In this document: piece after piece, positions 25,054-35,304 of the stretch
Layout: every line of letters starts with the position of its first letter
Numbering within the stretch: the stretch's first letter is position 1
Source of the DNA: a virus
IMG/VR virus record: IMGVR_UViG_3300045988_100778
Coordinates: 1-64,000 of that record
Strand: one strand, 5' to 3'
DNA length: 64,000 bases
The notes under the pieces: model-generated
The model's database searches: none
The model's input: only the letters and a program-made list of their open reading frames with translations
Told to the model about the DNA's origin: nothing
Program-made: the position numbers and the translations under genes

Positions 25054-26088
25054 ATGGAAAGAGATATACTGAAAAGCATGTTGTGTGACAAGCTGGAAAA
25101 GGCAGTATCGCACAAGTATGTACGGAAAGAACCGGACGGAAAAGGCGATTTCAGATACATATATACCGAAAAGGAAAGAGAATCGACAAACCAGGTCATT
25201 AATAGAAGCGGTGACAAGTCCATAGAGAAGACCGGAACGAACCCGGCAGCAGTTACAAAAGGGTTGAAATCCTGGTTGGATAAGAATAGTATCGATTATG
25301 ACTACACCAAAGCGAAAACGACCGCGAGCAGTTATTTTAAGTTTGAGACAGGAAAAGGAAGCTATGAGATACGTGTTTCCAACCACACCAAGGCGAATGC
25401 AGACGAGAAAGGCGGTATAGATATTCAATCCTATGGTTCAAATGACGGTTTCAGTGTTTCTATAGATACGGCATACGGTTTTACTTCCAAGGATATACAG
25501 AATATCATCAAAGACGCTGAAAAGATAAACGGGGAAGTCCACAAGAACGAGAAGTTAAAGAAGATGCTGGAGGATGAAACCCTATTGGAGAGATTCTATA
25601 ATGAAAGATATATACCTTCCAAGCATACAAAGTTTATTGAGGATGCTGTTAACAGTATCGGAATAGAAGAATCGGAGTTTGGGATATTGGGAGATATCGT
25701 AGACAATATGTTCGACCAAAGTTTACACAAAAGCGGTGTATATAAAAAGATGTCCGAAGAAAGGGAAAAGAAGATACAAGAACAAAAGGAGAAAGAGGCG
25801 AAAGAAAAAGAAAGTAAGAAGGAGAGAAGGGATAAGGTGATGGAAGAATTGAGCAACCATATATTCAAGCAAGAAAGTTCGACCACACCACCGGAAAAGT
25901 TCGAGAAGATTGTACAAGAAAGAAGTAACGGAAGGGCAAAGGGCTTTACGGTAATCGGAGAACTGGGAGAAGGAGACAGAAAGAAATATTTCTATGAGTG
26001 GGCGTACCCAGTGCCGGAAGGCAAAAAGAACTACACCAAGCCATCCGATAAGTTCGTGGATAATTATCTGAAAGCGAAGGGTGAATAA
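25054..26088 (+). CDS. hypothetical protein (344 aa)
   Basis: ORF track; Lys/Glu-rich central region. Confidence 0.6.
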   Translation: MERDILKSMLCDKLEKAVSHKYVRKEPDGKGDFRYIYTEKERESTNQVINRSGDKSIEKTGTNPAAVTKGLKSWLDKNSIDYDYTKAKTTASSYFKFETGKGSYEIRVSNHTKANADEKGGIDIQSYGSNDGFSVSIDTAYGFTSKDIQNIIKDAEKINGEVHKNEKLKKMLEDETLLERFYNERYIPSKHTKFIEDAVNSIGIEESEFGILGDIVDNMFDQSLHKSGVYKKMSEEREKKIQEQKEKEAKEKESKKERRDKVMEELSNHIFKQESSTTPPEKFEKIVQERSNGRAKGFTVIGELGEGDRKKYFYEWAYPVPEGKKNYTKPSDKFVDNYLKAKGE

Positions 26089-26240
26089 TTTTTGCATAAA
26101 ACTTTGGCTATTTGCATAAAAATCCATACATTTGAATCGGTAAATACGTAAATAAATTTTTATTCAGTGTAAACAACTGATTATAAGATATTTACATAAA
26201 GATGTTTATTTTAATCCGTTGTATTTTAGATTATTAAAAG

Positions 26241-27017
26241 ATGTTTGAAGTAGATTCAAAATTTAATTTTTTCACAGAAGCAAACTTTGAAAAATCAGAT
26301 TTCAACCCTATGGATTACGCGGTAGGTGATGATAGAAGATACGAAAAAATGATTTTTGAAGGTTTGGCATCCGATTCTTCCATAGATTCGGAGGATGAAT
26401 CTATGAATCCCAACGGATTTGTAATAGACCGCTTTTTAAAACACGGTCTAATCAATTTAGACCATTTGCCATCACGAAGCCCTATCAATAAATCAAGGTT
26501 CTGGATAGGGCACCCACTGGATGCTTATGTAAAGAATAATAAGTTTTATGTACGTTGTCAGTTGTGGAAAAAATCTCCGGAAGCAAGAGCCTTTTATGAC
26601 AAGGCACTTGAAATGCTTGCAAGCGGCACCGACCGGAAACCCGGTTTTTCCGTTGAGGGGAGAGCGCTGGAAAGAGACAAGAACAACCCTAAAAAGGTAA
26701 CGAAAGCGCTTATCACAAACGTAGCAATGACAATGACACCCGTAAATGCAAATTCGTTTGCCGATATAGTAAAGGGCGTGCAGACAGTAGATTTCGTGGA
26801 GAGCAATAAAGAAGAAATTAGTAACGGTTCCAATAACGTTCTTGTAGAGCTACAGAAGGACGGATATAATATAAGGATAGACAAGTCTTTCAACGTTACC
26901 ATTAACCCTATCATAGTGGAAAGAGACGAAAGATTTCAAGAGCTTTATAAATATTATCTGAACGGCAATGTAGGATTGAACGTTATAAAGGACTATTTGA
27001 GAACCGTTAATAAATAA
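26241..27017 (+). CDS. prohead protease (HK97 / S78-like)
   Basis: DSEDESMNPNGF...LINLDH...IGHPLDAY...PGFSVEGRA...ITNVAMTMTPVNANSF follows the block order of HK97-type prohead proteases. It sits immediately upstream of scaffold and capsid genes. Confidence 0.6.
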   Translation: MFEVDSKFNFFTEANFEKSDFNPMDYAVGDDRRYEKMIFEGLASDSSIDSEDESMNPNGFVIDRFLKHGLINLDHLPSRSPINKSRFWIGHPLDAYVKNNKFYVRCQLWKKSPEARAFYDKALEMLASGTDRKPGFSVEGRALERDKNNPKKVTKALITNVAMTMTPVNANSFADIVKGVQTVDFVESNKEEISNGSNNVLVELQKDGYNIRIDKSFNVTINPIIVERDERFQELYKYYLNGNVGLNVIKDYLRTVNK

Positions 27018-27046
27018 GTTTGTACACAATTAAAAGTTTAATAAAG

Positions 27047-27721
27047 ATGGACGAAAAATATTTGAACGACCCTATCGTATCTCTGATGAAGTCTATGGGA
27101 TTTTCTGATGAGTACATTATGGCGAACGTGAAAATCGAAAAGTCTGAAAACGGAGCAGCAGCAGGAGACCATGAATCCGAAACCAAAGAGGAAAAGGATA
27201 TCAACAAGCTGGAAAAGGAAGCCGTGAAGGACGAAGAAAAGGTAAAGGAAGACGAGAAGAATACGGCCGAGGACAAGAATGCAGAAAGCGAAAAGGTGGA
27301 GAAATCCAACGCGGAAGATATTATGAAGTCTGTAGGTTCTGTATTTGCCCCTCTGATGGAAAATTTCCAGAAGTCTATGGAAAAATTCCAGGAGACAGTG
27401 GATGGTATCAGTGAAAAACTTGACAAGATGTCCGGCGTTACCCCTATGTTCCGTTCAGAAGGACTTAACAATATGACAGCCATTCAGAAATCTTTCGAGG
27501 AAAGAAAGGATGAAGCAGGCAAATACGAAGTTAACGTAGTGAAAGACAGACCTATGGCAGTAAAGCTTATTGAAAAGTCTTTGGAAGAGGCACCGGAAGC
27601 TATCGCTAAGTCACTGGAAAGTGATGCGCTTGCATATCTTATCAATCCGGACGCTGAAACAGTAGGTGAAAACCTGGCGCGTTACATGTACGAAAAGAAC
27701 GGTGTAAAATTCGTGAAATAA
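27047..27721 (+). CDS. scaffolding protein
   Basis: Acidic Lys/Glu-rich helical sequence between the protease and capsid genes. ATG 27047 preferred over TTG 27020. Confidence 0.55.
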   Translation: MDEKYLNDPIVSLMKSMGFSDEYIMANVKIEKSENGAAAGDHESETKEEKDINKLEKEAVKDEEKVKEDEKNTAEDKNAESEKVEKSNAEDIMKSVGSVFAPLMENFQKSMEKFQETVDGISEKLDKMSGVTPMFRSEGLNNMTAIQKSFEERKDEAGKYEVNVVKDRPMAVKLIEKSLEEAPEAIAKSLESDALAYLINPDAETVGENLARYMYEKNGVKFVK

Positions 27722-27742
27722 ACTCTATTAAAATAAAAGAAT

Positions 27743-29257
27743 ATGGATTTGTATAATTATAGCAATCAAAACGGTACTGGCGACGTACTGGGCGGCATGG
27801 ATTCAGCAGAAATCTCGAAAGCGATGGAAGCAGGTCTTAAGACCGGAATGCAGTATAACAACGAAATCAACAATGGTGGTGGTCTGAAAGTTGAATCCCT
27901 GGATTCAGTCTTGAAGATTCTGGGCAACCGTATGAACCAGTTGGTTTATTACATGGAAATGCCTAAACATAAGATTGACAACACTGTACACCAATACAAT
28001 CAGTTGTATAAGTATGGTGAGGAAGTCGGTATTTTCAACGCAGAAGGCGAGACCCCACAGGAAACCGATTCTCAATACAGACGTAAGTCAATAGTAACCA
28101 AGTTCATGGGTGTTTCCGGACAGGTTACACATCCGGGAATGTTGGCTAAATTGGCTGGTAACATGGATATGTACCAGAAGGAAGTAGAAAACAAGACTAT
28201 CCTTTTGAGTACCATTATTGACACACGTTTGGTTGACGCTGATTCTTCTTGTGTAGAAGAACAGTTTGACGGTGTTTTCCGTCAACACATGTTGGGTATC
28301 AACGAAATGGATGGCGGTACGGCAGAAGGTAAGACTTCTGAACAACTGTTAGACGGTTACTTCAACAGCCCGGCAGTTATCGACGCACAAGGTTCTGTGT
28401 TGAATGACAACTTGATTCAAGACGCTGCAAACGTTGTAGTGAACGTTTATAACGGTTATATCGACCGCATCATTTCTAACCCGATTGTGTTTAACAACTA
28501 CGTTAAGATGTTCCACGAAAGCAAGCGAGTTATCGTAGGTCTTGCAGCTTCTGTAACTGGTGCTACTATGGGTCAGTCTGTAAATGATGTTACAACCCAG
28601 TTCGGTAAAATTAACATTAAGAATGACCGTTTCTTCGACGAACGTAAACCTATCACAGTAGGAAAGGGAGCTTCAAGTGCAAAGGCCCCGGTTACTCCGG
28701 TTGTTAATACTACCATTAAGGTTAATACAGCCGATACCAAGACTAATTTCGGCAACCATGCTGGCTCTTATGGCTATTTGGTAACAGCAAAGAATCGTTA
28801 TGGTGAATCTGCACCTCTGAATATCACACTTACTGGTGCCAATGCTGTAGCTGCTTCTGATTCAGTAGAATTTGGCTTTACTGCTGGTGTGGGTGGTGCA
28901 TATCCGGCTACTTGCTTCGTGGTATACCGTACCAAGAAGAATGCGGTTCTGAATGCAAACACTGAATACTATCCTATCTTTGAGGTTCCGGCTTCACAGA
29001 TGGCAACTGGTTACGATGGCGCTGCTGAAAATTGTGTACGTGACCGTAACCGTATCATTGCTGGTACCAAGTCTGCATTGGTTTACTACAACGATAGTCA
29101 GATTAACGAATACTTGCAGTTTGCTGATACTATGAAGATGGACTTCGCTGTTACATCTCCAAGCAAGCGCTTTGCAATTCTGAACTACGGTACCCCCGTA
29201 CTGTATCAGCCTGCAAAGATTGTACGTATCGTTAACATTGGTGAAGAAGGCTTGTAA
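27743..29257 (+). CDS. major capsid protein (HK97-fold type)
   Basis: 504 aa. Position after protease and scaffold, ESLDSVLK and VTKFMGVSGQVT blocks, and a strong terminator downstream. Confidence 0.8.
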   Translation: MDLYNYSNQNGTGDVLGGMDSAEISKAMEAGLKTGMQYNNEINNGGGLKVESLDSVLKILGNRMNQLVYYMEMPKHKIDNTVHQYNQLYKYGEEVGIFNAEGETPQETDSQYRRKSIVTKFMGVSGQVTHPGMLAKLAGNMDMYQKEVENKTILLSTIIDTRLVDADSSCVEEQFDGVFRQHMLGINEMDGGTAEGKTSEQLLDGYFNSPAVIDAQGSVLNDNLIQDAANVVVNVYNGYIDRIISNPIVFNNYVKMFHESKRVIVGLAASVTGATMGQSVNDVTTQFGKINIKNDRFFDERKPITVGKGASSAKAPVTPVVNTTIKVNTADTKTNFGNHAGSYGYLVTAKNRYGESAPLNITLTGANAVAASDSVEFGFTAGVGGAYPATCFVVYRTKKNAVLNANTEYYPIFEVPASQMATGYDGAAENCVRDRNRIIAGTKSALVYYNDSQINEYLQFADTMKMDFAVTSPSKRFAILNYGTPVLYQPAKIVRIVNIGEEGL

Positions 29258-29299
29258 TTAGCTTGATATAAATTTATAAGTTTAAGAAGTGAAAGTGAA

Positions 29300-29333
29300 A
29301 GGGAGGGAGTAATTGAACTCCTTCCCTTTTTGT
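29300..29333 (+). terminator. strong intrinsic terminator after the capsid gene
   Basis: AGGGAGGGAGT - AATTGA - ACTCCTTCCCT, followed by TTTTGTTT. Confidence 0.7.
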
Positions 29334-29349
29334 TTAAAAAGTTTGTATT

Positions 29350-29907
29350 ATGGAAAAGGTAATTTTAAAAAGTCGGGTGTATAACAACCATAAGATTGTA
29401 CTTAATGGTGGCCCGGTACAGTTTGTTAATGGTAGAGCGGAAGTATCGGAAGAACTCTATCAAGAAATAGTAAGCCGTAAACTTCCCGATATTTACAAGG
29501 AAGGTGAGGAACCGGAATTTAAAACACGCCTTGAAGAAAAGCTTCGTTCAGAAGTGAAAGAAGGAAACAAGGAATATGAAGAGGAAATAAAACGTCTTAA
29601 GAATATCGTCGAGGCGCAGAAGGTTGAAATTTCCAAGAAAGAAAAGGAGATTGAAGTATGGAAGAAATGCGTTGAGGACTTGAAGGCAGGAAACAAGGAA
29701 ACGCAGGCAGTAGTCCCCGAACCGGAAGCAAAGCAGGAAGCCTCTATTAAGGAAGAAGAGGACGACGAGGTAAAGACGGCTCTTAAGAAAATGAAGGTTG
29801 ACGAACTGAAAGAACTTGCAATGACAGAAGACGGAGGTTCTTTCAAGGAAGAAGACCTTAAAGGCAAAAAGAAAGAGGAAATTATAGATATGATTTTGTC
29901 TAAATAA
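29350..29907 (+). CDS. hypothetical protein with a C-terminal HeH/SAP-like motif (185 aa)
   Basis: LKKMKVDELKELAMTEDG...KKKEEIIDMIL resembles Rho-N / HeH helix-extended-helix motifs. Confidence 0.55.
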   Translation: MEKVILKSRVYNNHKIVLNGGPVQFVNGRAEVSEELYQEIVSRKLPDIYKEGEEPEFKTRLEEKLRSEVKEGNKEYEEEIKRLKNIVEAQKVEISKKEKEIEVWKKCVEDLKAGNKETQAVVPEPEAKQEASIKEEEDDEVKTALKKMKVDELKELAMTEDGGSFKEEDLKGKKKEEIIDMILSK

Positions 29908-29922
29908 AAATATTTTACAAAG

Positions 29923-30729
29923 ATGGGTGGTCGATTGACGTTTACGATAAAATACAAGAAAAATTCCGGACTTGTGCTGTCTGTAGCCGAGATATGGCAG
30001 ACATACCTATACGGAATAACCATTGACGGAGGGCAGGGAGCATCATTTACGGACGAATCCATGCGCTCCTATATAGAATCAGCACAAAGAGAGGTTGAGA
30101 ATTGGTTCAATTTGAAATTTGTAAAGCAGTTAATCGACCAGTCTTTGACTTATTACCAAAAGGACTATTGGCAGCAATTCCCTATATTGTTTCCGTCATA
30201 TCCGGTAAGGGAGCCGTTAAGCATGATTGGGATGCTCAATAAGATAGAGCAGATTATATACCCCCAAGGATGGCTGTCATGCGAGTATGACAGTGGTATG
30301 GGACAAGGGAAAAGAAGGCTGAGTGTTGTTCCTACAGGGTCTTCCACGACACAAGGAAATGCGGAAATAATATTGACAGGCATAACGTCTCAGATTGGTA
30401 TGCAGCGTTTCCAGTATATACCGGATTATTGGAGGGTACAGTATATAACCGGGTGGGATGTAGACCAAATGCCTATGGACTTGATTAATCTGTTGGGAAA
30501 ACTTGCATCATTCGGGCCGCTTAACATAGCTGGAGATTTGGTTCTGGGTATTGCAGGCGTTTCTGGACAGTCTTTAAGTATAGACGGATTAAGTCAAAGC
30601 ATAAGCACAACGGCTTCTGCGACATCTGCCGGGTATTCTGCACGATTGATTCAATATCAAAAAGAGATAAAGGAAACGGTAGGAAGGTTGAAGTTGGTGT
30701 ATGACGAGGTTAAATTTGCAGTATTTTAA
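29923..30729 (+). CDS. virion structural protein (head-tail joining region)
   Basis: Assigned by position between the capsid and sheath genes; no motif recognised. Confidence 0.5.
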   Translation: MGGRLTFTIKYKKNSGLVLSVAEIWQTYLYGITIDGGQGASFTDESMRSYIESAQREVENWFNLKFVKQLIDQSLTYYQKDYWQQFPILFPSYPVREPLSMIGMLNKIEQIIYPQGWLSCEYDSGMGQGKRRLSVVPTGSSTTQGNAEIILTGITSQIGMQRFQYIPDYWRVQYITGWDVDQMPMDLINLLGKLASFGPLNIAGDLVLGIAGVSGQSLSIDGLSQSISTTASATSAGYSARLIQYQKEIKETVGRLKLVYDEVKFAVF

Positions 30730-30732
30730 GTT

Positions 30733-31518
30733 ATGGGAGAAACAAGAAATATATTACAGTCTCCATCTTCTGGATTGAGTAATTTCCGACCGGAATTTTT
30801 CAAATCGGAGTTCGACCAGGCGATACAAGCCAAAGGTTACGATGTGGAGATAATGCGCGCTTTACGTTGCCCGTGTCATGGAAAAGAATCTGCACTGCCA
30901 GACTGTCAGAATTGTTTCGGTACCGGATATTTCTATGTGAATGCGATACATACGAAAGCACTGATAACAGGGATTAATTTTACCGACAAATACAAATCAT
31001 GGAGCCAGGAGCTTTTAGGTACAATGGCGGTAACAGTGAGGGATATAGACAAGGCGAATTTATCCTATTATGACAGGATTTCTTTCAGAAATGAAATATC
31101 GTATTTTTCTGAAAATCTCCCTATAAGATACGATGATATGGGACAGCCGTTTGTGTTTACCACATACAAACCAGTACAGGTATTGGCTATGTATCTGTTT
31201 GAGGCTTCAAACAAACCTCTTATAAAGACGGACAAGGGACATGTAAGCGACGTCAACCCCTATTGTATCATATTGGACATGGAGATAGACGCTTTGCCCG
31301 AAAACGGTTTTGTGTCGGTATATTACAAGCATAACCCGGAATACCATGTTATAGACTTGCCGCATGAGATACGCGCTTCATGGGTTACCGACAAGAAAAG
31401 CGGACAACTTAATAAGATAGAGCTTCCGGTTCAAGCCATTGTAAGAAGAAGCCATCTTATAGCGATGGAGAAACCTAATTTTGACGGTAGCGGTGTGATA
31501 TATAATGAGGACATATAA
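30733..31518 (+). CDS. virion structural protein with a CxC...CxxCxGxG zinc-finger
   Basis: LRCPCHGKESALPDCQNCFGTGYFY; CQNCFGTG fits the DnaJ CR-type CxxCxGxG motif. Confidence 0.5.
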   Translation: MGETRNILQSPSSGLSNFRPEFFKSEFDQAIQAKGYDVEIMRALRCPCHGKESALPDCQNCFGTGYFYVNAIHTKALITGINFTDKYKSWSQELLGTMAVTVRDIDKANLSYYDRISFRNEISYFSENLPIRYDDMGQPFVFTTYKPVQVLAMYLFEASNKPLIKTDKGHVSDVNPYCIILDMEIDALPENGFVSVYYKHNPEYHVIDLPHEIRASWVTDKKSGQLNKIELPVQAIVRRSHLIAMEKPNFDGSGVIYNEDI

Positions 31519-31574
31519 TTTGCATCTTTGAAAGAAAATGTTTAGTTTTGTACAAATTTAAGCATTTTGTTAGT

Positions 31575-32030
31575 ATGAGAGCAAAGAAAGTATTGGAAGT
31601 CCTTGGTATAAGTCGGGCAACATTATCCAATTATGTAAAGGAAGGAAGGATAAAGACCCATAATTCCGCTACACAATGGATAGATTACGACGACGAATCC
31701 GTATATGCGATTGCATCTAAAGGACAAAGAAAGAATGTAATATATGCAAGGGTTATGAATAAACATAACCTTAACAAGCATATAGAAGCATTGGAAAGGT
31801 ATTGCAGGGAAAACGGACTGCACGCCAAAGATGTATATAAGGACGTGACGTTTAACGTTACATTGGCGCAAAGAAAAGGGTTCAACAAGTTGTTGGACGA
31901 TGTGATATCCTATAAGATAGGAACGGTAGTAACACTGAGCCGGAAAAGTCTGTCGGGAACGGACAGTGATTTTATAGAGATGTTGTTTGCAAAATTCGGG
32001 TGTGATGTAAGGTATATAACGGAAGAGTAG
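31575..32030 (+). CDS. IS607-type (MerR-HTH + serine recombinase) homologue lacking catalytic residues
   Basis: The HTH LEVLGISRATLSNYVKEGRIK is followed by VIYARVMNKHNLNKHIEALERYC, where active enzymes have YARVSSxxQ. The DR-x-x-RFG block is replaced by SRKSLSGTD. Confidence 0.6.
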   Translation: MRAKKVLEVLGISRATLSNYVKEGRIKTHNSATQWIDYDDESVYAIASKGQRKNVIYARVMNKHNLNKHIEALERYCRENGLHAKDVYKDVTFNVTLAQRKGFNKLLDDVISYKIGTVVTLSRKSLSGTDSDFIEMLFAKFGCDVRYITEE

Positions 32031-32031
32031 G

Positions 32032-32817
32032 ATGTTACCTCTATATGTTGACATATCGGAAACAGTTGCGGAATTCGCATTGACACCACAAGAAGCGGAA
32101 TTCCTTGGAACACGTCTTGTTGATGATGTGGTAAAGGAATATATGCGAAGATGGAATGCGCTTGTGGATTCTGAACTGCATCAGACACGGGGAATATATC
32201 GGTCTGCCATGCAGGTAGACCGGACTTCTGCCACCTCTGTAGAATTCGTGCTGTCTGCAAGGGCAGCAGGGCCGCTTCCTATGATGCTGGAAGAAGGAGC
32301 AACACCCTTTGATGAAAAGATAGGGTTCCAGCGTTCGGACAAGGCAAAGATAAAGAAGGACGGTTTAGGATGGTATCTGACAATACCGTTCAGACACGCC
32401 ACACCCGGAGCAATAGCGGAATCCGGAATATTTAGCTCTGTTATGCCTAAAGATGTGTACGATATGGCACGTAATGCAGGAGGACAGCCGTTGAAGCTTG
32501 CAGACTTGCCGATAAGCCAGCAAGTAAAGGGAAGCCGGAAGGAAATAAATATACCCGGACTGAACGTACCGGAATACATGCACAAGTCGGCAAAATATGA
32601 AGGTCTTGTAAGGGTTGAGGCTCGAAGTTCGGACCAGGAAAAGAGAGGTCAGTATATGACATTCAGAAGAGTTAGCGACAAGTCAGACCCTACAAGTTGG
32701 TTCAATGGCGGTATAACGGCCAAAAAACTTATGGACAGGGCTTTGGAAGAGGCTCAGATAGAATATGTTGCTGAAATGGCGATAGACGAGGCATTAAAAC
32801 GAATTAAAGGACTATGA
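32032..32817 (+). CDS. virion structural protein (neck / tail-completion region)
   Basis: Assigned by position; starts 1 nt after the recombinase-like stop. Confidence 0.5.
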   Translation: MLPLYVDISETVAEFALTPQEAEFLGTRLVDDVVKEYMRRWNALVDSELHQTRGIYRSAMQVDRTSATSVEFVLSARAAGPLPMMLEEGATPFDEKIGFQRSDKAKIKKDGLGWYLTIPFRHATPGAIAESGIFSSVMPKDVYDMARNAGGQPLKLADLPISQQVKGSRKEINIPGLNVPEYMHKSAKYEGLVRVEARSSDQEKRGQYMTFRRVSDKSDPTSWFNGGITAKKLMDRALEEAQIEYVAEMAIDEALKRIKGL

Positions 32818-33524
32818 TTGAAATTGTGAAAGTAAAGCAGTTTATAGTATCAATATTGAACTATATACCGGAAGATTACAGACTGCACCAGGGAGACGAA
32901 CAGAATACCTTCCTATACAGACTTCTTAACGGAATGAAGGAAGGGAATTTTGATTTTTACGACCAGGCGAAGAAATTGTTTTTAAGGGGAATGACAAACC
33001 CCCGTAATTTAAGGGTGTTGTTTGAGTTTCCGAAAGACAATACCGGATTGCCAGCCTATGTAATAAGGGAACCGGGTGCAGACCCAGGAGCAACCAATTC
33101 CATAGGAAAAATGAATGGACAGATATACGATGGCGGTGCATGGCAGATAAGAGACAGCCGTTTCCATAACTTTGAGATAATGTGTCTGTCGGACAACATG
33201 CTGGAAAGTATAATTATGTCGGAAGTTTTGTATGCGTTGATAATGGGTTCCTACAACTGGCTTTCTACCCAATATGATTTGGTAGAGGTGAGGATAACGG
33301 AATTAATGACAAATCAGAACGTACTGCCTATTCCTATATTCATAAAGTCAGTAAGGCTTGACTTGACTTTAGACCAGATTGTAGGTACATTGGTAAATGA
33401 AGAGTTGCTGAATAAGATTGCATTTGAGGATGGAGGGATAGCAGCCGACAAATGGGGTGCGAACAATTACGGACGTGATTATGAGTTACCCGGTGTGGAA
33501 GCAGATATAAATAAAGGGTTGTAA
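32814..33524 (+). CDS. virion structural protein (neck / tail-terminator region)
   Basis: Position immediately upstream of the sheath gene; ATGA overlap. Confidence 0.5.
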   Translation: MIEIVKVKQFIVSILNYIPEDYRLHQGDEQNTFLYRLLNGMKEGNFDFYDQAKKLFLRGMTNPRNLRVLFEFPKDNTGLPAYVIREPGADPGATNSIGKMNGQIYDGGAWQIRDSRFHNFEIMCLSDNMLESIIMSEVLYALIMGSYNWLSTQYDLVEVRITELMTNQNVLPIPIFIKSVRLDLTLDQIVGTLVNEELLNKIAFEDGGIAADKWGANNYGRDYELPGVEADINKGL

Positions 33525-33635
33525 CCCTTTGCATTATAGAAAGAAAAACGCTATCTTTATAGCGGCTTATATGAATGTGTGATTTGATAGGGAAATTGCG
33601 CAGAATTCCGTAGACAAATAAAAAAGAAAAATAAT

Positions 33636-35279
33636 ATGGCATCAACGTTTATTTTCAATGGTCGCCAGATTTCCTTACCAGGTGTTTACTCCACTATTGT
33701 AAGTGGGGAAATGAATCCGGCAAGAAATCTCGACTACGGAAAAGTCCTTATTATTGATACCGGAACGTACTCAGCCGGATTTGGCGGCGGTGCAGGTATT
33801 AATGGCGAAAATGCGCAGGGACAAAACGCTATCTATACTTTCGACAATATCGCGGATTTTCGTGCTTTCATGAAGGGAGGTCTTTGGTGGAGGGTTGCCG
33901 AAGCTCTGTTTGCACCAGACCCCTCAAACCCCGACGCAGTAGGAATTTCCGAGCTTGAATTTGTTCGTGCAGCGACAACTACAGGCGCAACAATGACGTT
34001 TGTGACGGCAGCAGGAGGCACGTTTGCGGTAAAAACATTGGACGAAGGTTTGGTAGCCAACGGTTCGTTATTGAACGACGAGTTATTGACAAAAGGTTAC
34101 GGTATGAACTTTATCGCAGGACGCGAAGACGCTACCAAGTGGATTTTGCAGTTCTGGAGAGGTACATATACTGGAAAATACAGCGACGGTTTACCCTACG
34201 GAGACATCACGCAGGAAAACAGCGACCCCGAACTTGTTCTTGAATCACCGGAATTCAGTACCATGCAAGAGCTTGTGGATTGGGCACAGAATGATTCTAA
34301 TTTTGCTTTGGCATTTGTGCTTGATTCAACTACCAATGTAAAAGGAAATGGTGAGATTACCGAAGGGGACATTACAATGGCACTGGACGGTAAGCCTTAT
34401 ATTTTGGCAGCAGGCGGTGCGGAAAGTTTCGACATGGACAACTTCAACGCTGTACTTGACCAGATTGTAGGTTTGGACTACAGTAACGTTATTTTAGACC
34501 AGGTAGGAGGCAACGCCTATTCAGCTACGACAAAAGCATACATTACACACATGAACGGTGCAGCCAAATTCCAGCATTTCCTCTATGTGGCAGGATATGA
34601 CAAGGGAGCGGATTTCTCAAAGGAAATCGATTTGGCGAAAAAGTTTGACAGTTCGTTCGTGCAGCTTGTACACGGTGGAGCTGGCGTAGTGTCCGCATTT
34701 GACGCTCAGAAGATACGGTGGTGGGGAGTTATGTATAACTTGTGCGCCATTGTAGGACGTATTAGCGGCAAGCCGCCTTATGTACCGCCTACATTCAAGT
34801 CTATAGGTGTTGACAGATTGCAACACTCGTTGACTGAATCGGAGCAGAAGAAGGCGTTGAAATATGGTATTCTGACAACTGTATTGAACGATTACACAGG
34901 AAAGTTCAATATCTTGCAGGGTGTGAATACATTGCAGGACAACGCTAACTTGTTCAATGCAAAAGGGCAGTCCTATTCCATTCAGTTTATGCGTATTGTC
35001 GCACAAATCAATAAGGAATTGATTGTAAATGCAACGCTTGACTTGCTGGGACAGGAAAACGGTGTTAACGCCAATACATTGACAGCAGGAGCGGTTAAGG
35101 ACTGGACTGTGGCATACTTGCAGTCAAGAACCGCAACGGACGCACAGGATAATCTGATTTTGTCGTTCAAAGATGTGGCGACAACAAGAAAGGAAGACGC
35201 TTATTTTACCACCTACAAAATTGTGGTAAATAACGAAATCACTAAGTTGTTCTTTACTGGATATTTAATTCGTGGATAA
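33636..35279 (+). CDS. contractile tail sheath protein
   Basis: 547 aa. N-terminal ISLPGVYSTIV (PGVY motif). Followed by a 160-aa tube-sized ORF. Confidence 0.7.
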   Translation: MASTFIFNGRQISLPGVYSTIVSGEMNPARNLDYGKVLIIDTGTYSAGFGGGAGINGENAQGQNAIYTFDNIADFRAFMKGGLWWRVAEALFAPDPSNPDAVGISELEFVRAATTTGATMTFVTAAGGTFAVKTLDEGLVANGSLLNDELLTKGYGMNFIAGREDATKWILQFWRGTYTGKYSDGLPYGDITQENSDPELVLESPEFSTMQELVDWAQNDSNFALAFVLDSTTNVKGNGEITEGDITMALDGKPYILAAGGAESFDMDNFNAVLDQIVGLDYSNVILDQVGGNAYSATTKAYITHMNGAAKFQHFLYVAGYDKGADFSKEIDLAKKFDSSFVQLVHGGAGVVSAFDAQKIRWWGVMYNLCAIVGRISGKPPYVPPTFKSIGVDRLQHSLTESEQKKALKYGILTTVLNDYTGKFNILQGVNTLQDNANLFNAKGQSYSIQFMRIVAQINKELIVNATLDLLGQENGVNANTLTAGAVKDWTVAYLQSRTATDAQDNLILSFKDVATTRKEDAYFTTYKIVVNNEITKLFFTGYLIRG

Positions 35280-35304
35280 AACAAACCCTAAAAGATAAAA
35301 GATT

